Origin: Bacteroidaceae bacterium
Lineage (GTDB): Bacteria > Bacillota > Clostridia > Peptostreptococcales > Anaerovoracaceae
DNA length: 64,000 nucleotides
Assembly (NCBI GenBank): GCA_963614095.1
Contig: CAVECM010000013.1
Coordinates: 10,753-74,752 of the forward strand
Direction of reading: 5' to 3'
Part shown: piece by piece, positions 56,928-64,000 of the stretch
Numbering within the stretch: the first letter of the stretch is position 1
How the letters are laid out: every line of letters begins with the position of its first letter
Notes under the pieces: model-generated
What the model was told of the DNA's origin: nothing
Databases searched by the model: none
What the model saw: only the letters and a program-made list of their open reading frames with translations
Position numbers and translations under genes: made by a program

Positions 56928-58130
56928 TTATTCCGTTCTGCTGACGTCGGCATATGCCTTTCCCTCTGCGAGCCTTATTTCTATGCTCTGCCCGGTCTGC
57001 AGACTGTCTGCGCTTTTCACTATATTGCCGCCGCTGTCCGTAACGATGCTGTATCCTCTGTTCAGTATGCTCTGCGGATTAGCGGAAACAACGACTTCAT
57101 GCATCAGCTCAACTCTGTGCTTCAGACTGTCCGTCAGTGCCCTGATGCGGCTTTCCATATCGGCTGCAATATTGTCTGCCGTCAGCTGTTCGAGTGCAGC
57201 CCTGCCTCTGAGGTCACGCGCAAATACCCTCGGATTCAGCATTTCAAGATTCTTTCTTCTGTCCTCGCAGACCGTTCGGAGATTTCTTCTCATTTCTTCA
57301 CCAAGTGAATATATGTACTCGGTAAGCTCGCGTGTATCCGGCACAGCCATCTGCGCTGCGGCTGTCGGCGTTTCCGCTCTGAAGTCTGCCGCAAAATCGG
57401 CAATCGTAAAATCCGTTTCGTGTCCCACGGCGGATATCACGGGTATATCCGATGCGTAAATGCTGCGTGCGACACATTCCTCGTTGAATGCCCACAGCTC
57501 CTCCATTGAGCCGCCGCCGCGCCCCGTGATTATTATATCCACATCTCTGTGATTTCTGTTCAGGTCATCTATCGCATGCGCGATGTCTGCCGCCGCATCC
57601 GGCCCCTGTACAAGCACGGGGTATATCAGTACATCGGTACAGTTATTCCGGCTTGTGATTATCTTTACTATGTCTCTGACTGCAGCTCCTGTAGGAGATG
57701 TCACAACCGCAATTTTTTTCGGAAAAGGCGGCAGCTGTTTCTTGTGTGCAGGATCAAAGACTCCCTCCTTTTCAAGCTTTGCCTTCAGCTTCTCAAAGGC
57801 CGCAGCAAGGTCGCCCTTTCCTGCGCTTTCCAGAATCTTTACATTCAGGGAATAGCTGCCCCCGCGCTCATAAAGATATATATACCCGGAAGCGATTACC
57901 TCGTTCCCCTCCTCGAGACTGTCCAGTGCTGCCTGCACATTGCCTGACGGAAGAAAACAGTTTATCCTGCTTTTTTCATCCTTGAGCGAGAAATACACGT
58001 GACCCGAATTGTGAAATTTGAGATTCGAGATTTCTCCGGTCACGGAAACGTTTCCGAGTATGGGATCTGTCTGCAGTATGCGTTTTATGTAGCTGTTGAG
58101 CTGCGAAACTTTTACAGGCTTCAGCCCCAT
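56928..58130 (-). CDS. xseA: Exodeoxyribonuclease VII large subunit
   Basis: GEISN, SGHVYFSLKD, TSPTGAAVRD, RGGGSMEELWAFNEE, SAVGHETD, TPTAAA. Confidence 0.95.
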   Translation of the reverse strand: MGLKPVKVSQLNSYIKRILQTDPILGNVSVTGEISNLKFHNSGHVYFSLKDEKSRINCFLPSGNVQAALDSLEEGNEVIASGYIYLYERGGSYSLNVKILESAGKGDLAAAFEKLKAKLEKEGVFDPAHKKQLPPFPKKIAVVTSPTGAAVRDIVKIITSRNNCTDVLIYPVLVQGPDAAADIAHAIDDLNRNHRDVDIIITGRGGGSMEELWAFNEECVARSIYASDIPVISAVGHETDFTIADFAADFRAETPTAAAQMAVPDTRELTEYIYSLGEEMRRNLRTVCEDRRKNLEMLNPRVFARDLRGRAALEQLTADNIAADMESRIRALTDSLKHRVELMHEVVVSANPQSILNRGYSIVTDSGGNIVKSADSLQTGQSIEIRLAEGKAYADVSRTE

Positions 58131-59248
58131 ATTTCTCTACCTCCTAAAAGTGATATCCCGACCGCGTTGTCCTGAGCCAGCCCTCTGTCATCAAAGAATG
58201 CTCTGATGCCTGCCTTTTCAAGCTTGCCGAGGGCTCTTTTTCTTATAAAAGAGCTCGATGTCACGCCGCCTGCCATTATTATATCGCTGATGCCGTTTTT
58301 TTCGGCTGCCTGTATTATCATGTCTGTCATGGCATCGGATATCTTTTCAAAGATTTCTCTTATAAGCAGAGTCCTGTCAATATTCCGGGTTCCGGCATCC
58401 CCGGACTCTGATTTTTCTATGATTCTCTTCACCTGCGTGTCAATCCCCGAAAGATTGAGCCACGCATCCTTTACTTTTATTTTTGTAAGCAGATCTGCTC
58501 TGCCGCAGGATGTCTTCTTCGGGCTGCCTTCAGATTCTGCCCGGCTGCCGGAAGTAACTGCCTGACCACCGGAAGTGACCGCCTGACTGCCGGAAGCGGC
58601 TGTATGGCTGCCGGGAATATCAATGCCCGACGCTATCCTGTCCATTTCCTCTCCTGCCGGAAAATCCATTCCGAGCATCACTCCCGCGCGGTCTATCACC
58701 TGCCCGAATGCTATATCCTTCGATCCGCCGATTATGCTGATGTCATATCCCGTATGTCCGGCTGCCGCCGCAACCTCGAGCAGCTCTGATGTGCCGCCGG
58801 AGAAATGGCATGCCATCAGTCTGTCTGCGTTTTTTAATTCAGAAAATGCTTTTATCGCCTCTATATGCCCTTCCTGATGTGAAAACGGCAGTGCGGGAAC
58901 TCCCATCATTGCCGCCAGTGATCTGGCAAAGCTTTCCCCTGCAAGAAAAACAGGCATGTATGACCCCTCTGCAGGTCTCGGCTTCGCAGAATACGCCACG
59001 GCATCAAAACATCCCGCAGCATTTCCGAGGTCTGCGCCGCCTCCGACTGCATCGGAAATATTTTCAATCAGCTCCGGCAGATTCTTTATATGCTGAAAAA
59101 GGGCGTCAGACTGCCTCAATCCTCTCTCGCCCTGTTTAACTTTCAAAAATTTTCTCAGATCACAAATGATATTGTGATTCATATCGGTAACTGCAGCCGA
59201 TGTTTTATAGTTGCTGGTATCAATTCCCAGAATTAATCTGTTTTTCAT
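58121..59248 (-). CDS. Kae1/TsaD-like ASKHA-fold protein (divergent paralogue)
   Basis: LGIDTSNY, SHQEGH, HFSGGTSE, DIAFGQVIDR, AGGV, DNAVG. Confidence 0.78.
   Translation of the reverse strand: MKNRLILGIDTSNYKTSAAVTDMNHNIICDLRKFLKVKQGERGLRQSDALFQHIKNLPELIENISDAVGGGADLGNAAGCFDAVAYSAKPRPAEGSYMPVFLAGESFARSLAAMMGVPALPFSHQEGHIEAIKAFSELKNADRLMACHFSGGTSELLEVAAAAGHTGYDISIIGGSKDIAFGQVIDRAGVMLGMDFPAGEEMDRIASGIDIPGSHTAASGSQAVTSGGQAVTSGSRAESEGSPKKTSCGRADLLTKIKVKDAWLNLSGIDTQVKRIIEKSESGDAGTRNIDRTLLIREIFEKISDAMTDMIIQAAEKNGISDIIMAGGVTSSSFIRKRALGKLEKAGIRAFFDDRGLAQDNAVGISLLGGREIWG
58544..58616 (-). repeat. 21-bp in-frame tandem repeat, about 3.5 copies (GSQAVTS-like)
   Basis: Protein GSHTAAS-GSQAVTS-GGQAVTS-GS; CCGGAAG recurs every 21 bp. 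Confidence 0.75.
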
Positions 59249-59257
59249 GCTGCCGGC

Positions 59258-59659
59258 TCACTTTTTTTCTGAATTGACTATTCCCCCAAGCACGCCGTTT
59301 ATGAATCCGGGTGAATGCTCCAGGCTGAATTTCTTCGCAAGATTCACCGCCTCGTTTATGGCAACAATTTCAGGCACGGTATCATCATAGCGTATTTCTC
59401 CCACGGCAAGACGCATTATTGCCAGATCAACCTTCGGCATTCTTCCTGTCTTCCATGTTCTGCTCTTTTCATTTATGCTGCTGTCAATATCCTCTATATT
59501 ACTGCAGATCTGCGTCAGGAGACTGACGGCACGTTTTCCCGCACTGCCCTTAAGGCGTTCTGCTGCAAGCCTTTCGGCATTTTCTGCACTGAGTGTCTTT
59601 GTTGCCTCCATTTCAAAGAGAATCTGCATCATTATTTCTCTGGCTTCACTTCTTTTCAT
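59258..59659 (-). CDS. nusB: Transcription antitermination factor NusB
   Basis: RSEAREIMMQILF, VDLAIMRLA, AINEAVNLAKKF, FINGVLG. Confidence 0.92.
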   Translation of the reverse strand: MKRSEAREIMMQILFEMEATKTLSAENAERLAAERLKGSAGKRAVSLLTQICSNIEDIDSSINEKSRTWKTGRMPKVDLAIMRLAVGEIRYDDTVPEIVAINEAVNLAKKFSLEHSPGFINGVLGGIVNSEKK

Positions 59660-59660
59660 A

Positions 59661-60023
59661 TTATTCTTTATCCTCCGAAGGTATTTCCACACCTTTTACA
59701 TGTATATTCACAGACTTGACTGTAAGCTCTGTCATAGTCTCTATCTCGTTCTTAATATTTTCCTGTATCTGCCATGCAGCCGCAGGTATGTTCGACCTGT
59801 ATTTCACCAGAATATGCACGTCCAGCGAAATGCCGTCATCATCACGGCTTACTCTGACTCCTTTTGTCAGCAGCTCTCTGCCCAGAAGGTTTCGTGAAAG
59901 CTGATTCGTAATTCCGCCCTCCATGCCTGCAACGCCTTCTGTTTTCAATGCAGCATTTATGGCGCACACGGCTATGACATCGTCTGAAATCCCGGCATTT
60001 TCTCTGCTGTTATTCGTACTCAC
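59661..60023 (-). CDS. Asp23/Gls24 family protein (YqhY-like)
   Basis: ISDDVIAV, EGV, KGVRV, IQENIKNEIETMT, VNIHVKG; GTG start; conserved position before nusB. Confidence 0.88.
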   Translation of the reverse strand: MSTNNSRENAGISDDVIAVCAINAALKTEGVAGMEGGITNQLSRNLLGRELLTKGVRVSRDDDGISLDVHILVKYRSNIPAAAWQIQENIKNEIETMTELTVKSVNIHVKGVEIPSEDKE

Positions 60024-60265
60024 AAAACCACCTCAGAATATATTATATCAAATAATAATGCAAAATACAATCAGCACAGTCCCTGCATCCTGTATACCGC
60101 AGAGAATAGTTTTAATTGCAGAAGTAAACACTATCTCCTTTGTGCGGCATGCAGAATCTGCCTAGTCTGATTTCCTTATGCCGCATGCAGAATGCACACT
60201 GTGCTGACTGTAATATTAAATTATGTTCTTTCTGTGCTGATACCGGACAATCACCGCCTGCCGGT

Positions 60266-62455
60266 TTACATAACCTTTGTCTCCTCAAGCATCTCGGCAA
60301 ATTTCGCATTGAGCCTGATGATAGGCTTTCTGAGCAGAAGCCCCACTATAAGTGACAGCACGAGGAATATTGAAAGCTTTGCAAGATCGAACCAGTAGTC
60401 CATTCCGTAAAGCCCGCCGACCGTCTCCCGCATAGCCGCCATACTGTGCGTGAACGGCAGCAGCGGATACAGCACCCTGAAAAACAGAGGTGCGACTTCT
60501 ATCGGGAATGTGCCGCCGGTGCCCGCTACCTGTATTACAAGCAGAATAACACTTATTGCCTTGCCTATGTCTCCGAACGAAACAGTCAGTGTGTATATGA
60601 TAAGCACATAGACTATGCTCGAGAACCAGCACGACAGCATGAAAAGGAACGGATGTCTGCATTGGATTCCCAGGAAAAGCAGATCTCCGAGTCCTATAAG
60701 CGTACTCTGCATCAGACCCAGAATCAGAAAGAGTATATACCGCCCGAAATAAACATGTCTGTTCTTTACACCCGAAAGACCCTCAAGCGTACTCTCCGAA
60801 ACATTCACACTCATCATGGCCACCAGTACCACTCCTCCTATCCATATGGATAGGGTCGAGTAGAACGGAGCCATTGCGGAACCGTAATTTTCTATTTCAT
60901 AGACCTTGTGTGTTTTCAGCGAAACCGGAGCAGCCAGAAACTCCGACAGCTCCTCTTTGTTGTCAGCAAGCAGGTCCTTCAGTTCGGAATAGTCGCCGCT
61001 CGCCTGCATCTCCTTGAGCTTGCTGACCAGATTATCGACCTTTGATACTGCTTTATCAAGCAGCTTTCCCGAACCGTCAAGTGCCGTCTGTATCGCTGCC
61101 AGGTCAGATGCCGCAGAATCCGTGAGCTCACTTATATTGTCGACGCTTTTATCAAGATGCTTCAGAAGCTCCGTAATATCTCCGCTCGTATCTCCGAGTG
61201 AAGCGGAAAGCTTTTTCAATATGCTTTTTATATTGTTTTCGTATTCGCTTTTCAGTTTATCAATTCCATCGATACTGTCATCGATCAGCTTGTCGAGTTC
61301 TTTTTTCGCTGTCGTGATATCCGCCGCAGATGTCCTCAGAGATTCTGCCGTTGACTTCAGCTCCTCACTCAGTTCCGTCTGCGAGGCTATCGAGGCATCA
61401 AGCTTTGCAAGTATAGGCTCTGTCAGCGGCGAAAGCTCCGGATGCTTTTCAGCTATCGAGGCTATGCTGTTTCTCGTATCGGTATATGAGCTTATTACTT
61501 TATCCACTCTCGATGCGACAGTGTCAAGAGTATCTGCCACTGCAGCCGCATCGCCGGACTGTGTCTCAAATGCCGAATCAATCAGCTCGGATATCTGTTC
61601 ATAATATCCCTTGCTCGAATCGAGCAGTTCGTTTATGCTGTCAGTCGTTCCGTTCATTGTTTTGCGGATATCCGTGACTGTCTTCTGCATGCCTCCGAGC
61701 TTATCGGCATCATCGGATGACTGCGTCTTTACATAATCGAGAAAATCCGAGCTGGAAGACATGAGCTGCTGTATCGACGACGTCATACCCGAAAACGATT
61801 TCAGAGTATCTGACGATGTCGAAAGACTGCCGGAAATATTCTCCAGATTCATTATCAGATTTGATACCAGAGAGTTCGCATCTGTGCCGCTGCCGTCGTC
61901 GGTCATATTCATCACAGACTGCATTACCGTCAGCAGCGTGTCCGACACTGTTTCAATAAACACTTCATTTATCTGATTCTGGATTGCCGAGGCTCCCTTG
62001 TCGGTAACCTTCGGTGCTATCGCATTTTCCTTCGCATTTGAGTAGTATATTATCTCCGGTTTTTCTATATCATCAGAAAACAGGCTCATCATATCTGTGC
62101 TGAAATTCTCCGGTATCACAATTGCCGCATAATATTCGCCGGAACGCACTCCCTTGATTGCTGCTTTTTTACCTGTAAAAACCCACTCCATCTGATTGTT
62201 TTCATGAAGTGCTGAAAGCACGCGCTCGCCAATGTTTATCTGTATCGGTATGAGATTCCCCTCATATCCCTCGTCTGTGCTGGCCACCGCCACCTTGAGA
62301 TTTCCCGTATTGCTGTAGGGATCCCAGCTGGCAGCTATGTTGAACCACGCATAAAGACACGGCACGACTGTAAGTCCCATTATGACTATGAGGGCAATGA
62401 CATTGTTCCTGATGCGCCATACATCTCTTCTGAAAATCTGCCATATATTTTTCAT
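60266..62455 (-). CDS. YhgE/Pip domain membrane protein (downstream copy)
   Basis: PCLYAWFNIAASWDPY, VRSGEYYAAIVIP, coiled-coil middle, NYGSAMAPFY, GGTFPIE, LPFT. Confidence 0.9.
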   Translation of the reverse strand: MKNIWQIFRRDVWRIRNNVIALIVIMGLTVVPCLYAWFNIAASWDPYSNTGNLKVAVASTDEGYEGNLIPIQINIGERVLSALHENNQMEWVFTGKKAAIKGVRSGEYYAAIVIPENFSTDMMSLFSDDIEKPEIIYYSNAKENAIAPKVTDKGASAIQNQINEVFIETVSDTLLTVMQSVMNMTDDGSGTDANSLVSNLIMNLENISGSLSTSSDTLKSFSGMTSSIQQLMSSSSDFLDYVKTQSSDDADKLGGMQKTVTDIRKTMNGTTDSINELLDSSKGYYEQISELIDSAFETQSGDAAAVADTLDTVASRVDKVISSYTDTRNSIASIAEKHPELSPLTEPILAKLDASIASQTELSEELKSTAESLRTSAADITTAKKELDKLIDDSIDGIDKLKSEYENNIKSILKKLSASLGDTSGDITELLKHLDKSVDNISELTDSAASDLAAIQTALDGSGKLLDKAVSKVDNLVSKLKEMQASGDYSELKDLLADNKEELSEFLAAPVSLKTHKVYEIENYGSAMAPFYSTLSIWIGGVVLVAMMSVNVSESTLEGLSGVKNRHVYFGRYILFLILGLMQSTLIGLGDLLFLGIQCRHPFLFMLSCWFSSIVYVLIIYTLTVSFGDIGKAISVILLVIQVAGTGGTFPIEVAPLFFRVLYPLLPFTHSMAAMRETVGGLYGMDYWFDLAKLSIFLVLSLIVGLLLRKPIIRLNAKFAEMLEETKVM

Positions 62456-64000
62456 CAGTTATTGTCCTCCTCAATCATGTGAATAATATCTTCTGAAGAT
62501 TTGCTGCTTATTTCAAACTGTTCCCCTAATCTGTCATGAATATACTCCACGCATATAAGATAGATTGACAGGAAAATAAGTGAAATGATCCACAGTATCA
62601 GGAAAACCATTCTCGCCTTCACAACCAGCATCAGCACAAGGAAAACCAGCGGTATTACAACCATATATATGAAGCCCCGTTTTATCATACCGGGATATCT
62701 TTTCTCAAATCTCACATATCTTGACATCAGCCTCTGTTTGCTGTATTCATCTCTCATGAGTGCTTTCATCAGTGTTTTTACTTTTGGTTTGTCGCTTCTC
62801 GCAGTCTCGGTATCGCAGATCATTATTTCTGTTTCGCTGAGCCTGCTGTCGGTCAAGTGATTGAGATTAACGATAACAGGCTTCAGTGCCAGTCCGAGCA
62901 GCAGCGCCAGCCCTGCAAACAACAGAAGAACAAGCACATTCTTTATATAGTCAAATTCGTAAAAGCCTGCAATGCACTCACGCATCGCATTTATACCGTA
63001 TGAAAACGGAAGCAGCGGGTACAGCTTCTGGAAAAACGCCGGCATCATTTCTATAGGATATGTTCCCGAAGAGCCCGGTATCTGCAGTATAATCAGTATG
63101 ACCGCAACAGCCTTTCCTATATGCTTGAAAGTAATCGCAAGCGCATAAATGATATTGACATATACAAACGAGCACACAAGTCCCGTCAGTATGAATATAA
63201 ACGGATGCAGACACTGCACGCCGAGGATTACGATATCCCCGAGGCATACAACAAATGCCTGTACCAGTGCAGCGGCAACATACAGAAGCCATCTGCCGAA
63301 GTATGCCTCACCTACTGTGAATCCATGCTCGAATCCTTCTTTGTCAACTTCCATTTTGAGAATCGATACAAGTATCAGCCCGCCGACCCATATAGCCAGA
63401 TTGGTGTAGAACGGAGTCATTCCCGAGCCGTAATTCTCCACATCGTAAAGTACATCAGACTTCAGGCTGACAGGCGATGCCATAAAATCGGATATCGCAT
63501 CTGCATCCATTCCCTCAATTGAAAGCAGCTGTTTGTATACCTCTGAGCTCTGCAGCGTTCTGATGTCATCTATTATACCATCCAGATCCTGATCCACATC
63601 CTTCAGGATAGTTCCTGTCTGCGTCAGTGCCGTATCTGCCGAGTCCAGGCTGTTTCCCAGCTGCTGCAGTATACCTCTGAGCTGACTCGTCATAGGCTTC
63701 ACGCCTGAAAGTGTCGCTGACAGACTTCCGCTGACTTCCGCCAGGTCATCGAGTGACTGATTTATCTGGGGCAGCAGGTTCTGGTCAAAATCGTTTCTGA
63801 AATTCTGAAGAGACTTTCTGTTCTCCTCTGCTATTTTTTCAAGCTCCGTACGCGTTTTCTGAGCAGTGCCGACCGCCTCTTCAATGGCTTTATTCCCGCT
63901 GTCCAGTGAGTCAAGCAGTTCATTCAGTTCTTTGTTCTGAGTCTGCAGTTTTGTTATCTGCTCTGATATCTGTGACGAAATCTGAGAGTCACTGCCGACC
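62455..64000 (-). CDS. YhgE/Pip domain membrane protein (upstream copy, 5' end outside window)
   Basis: Frame appears open to the window edge (coiled coil QITKLQTQNKELNELL...); NYGSGMTPFY, SGTYPIE, LPFSY; two extra C-terminal TM helices. Confidence 0.87.
   Translation of the reverse strand, partial: VGSDSQISSQISEQITKLQTQNKELNELLDSLDSGNKAIEEAVGTAQKTRTELEKIAEENRKSLQNFRNDFDQNLLPQINQSLDDLAEVSGSLSATLSGVKPMTSQLRGILQQLGNSLDSADTALTQTGTILKDVDQDLDGIIDDIRTLQSSEVYKQLLSIEGMDADAISDFMASPVSLKSDVLYDVENYGSGMTPFYTNLAIWVGGLILVSILKMEVDKEGFEHGFTVGEAYFGRWLLYVAAALVQAFVVCLGDIVILGVQCLHPFIFILTGLVCSFVYVNIIYALAITFKHIGKAVAVILIILQIPGSSGTYPIEMMPAFFQKLYPLLPFSYGINAMRECIAGFYEFDYIKNVLVLLLFAGLALLLGLALKPVIVNLNHLTDSRLSETEIMICDTETARSDKPKVKTLMKALMRDEYSKQRLMSRYVRFEKRYPGMIKRGFIYMVVIPLVFLVLMLVVKARMVFLILWIISLIFLSIYLICVEYIHDRLGEQFEISSKSSEDIIHMIEEDNN

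Overview
A 64 kb chromosomal window from a Clostridia-class Firmicute (inferred from gene content). It is mostly housekeeping: nadE; a pstSCAB-phoU-phoPR operon; fabF; iscS-iscU-mnmA; ridA; tRNA-Gly(CCC); a polar amino-acid ABC transporter; pyrC-K-D-F-E-B-I; alaS-ireB-ruvX; then on the minus strand yhgE/pip x2, asp23, nusB, a tsaD-like gene, xseAB, ispA, dxs, tlyA, an aminotransferase, mutS, mutL, miaA, a Xer-like recombinase, a GLUG-type secreted protein, ynbB, a TVP38 protein, ilvA and a LexA-boxed yneA-like gene. No transposase, prophage or CRISPR array is evident. Main observations: (1) gene orientation switches convergently from + to - at about 37.4 kb, where a symmetric 11-6-11 dif-like site lies, 7.6 kb from a lone Xer-family recombinase gene; this suggests the replication terminus with a single-recombinase Xer/dif system. 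(2) An accessory locus beside tRNA-Gly (Cys-less PLP enzyme, APC permease, amidase, PucR regulator, aminotransferase) shares a TTTGT-N7-ACAAA operator and looks like an uncharacterised amide/amino-acid catabolic pathway. (3) A 40-bp degenerate tandem array lies inside the pyr operon. (4) Two promoter-proximal terminators (alaS, CMK-like gene) have no recognisable riboswitch. All calls come from reading motifs by eye; no database searches were run, and start codons were adjusted to the likely RBS.
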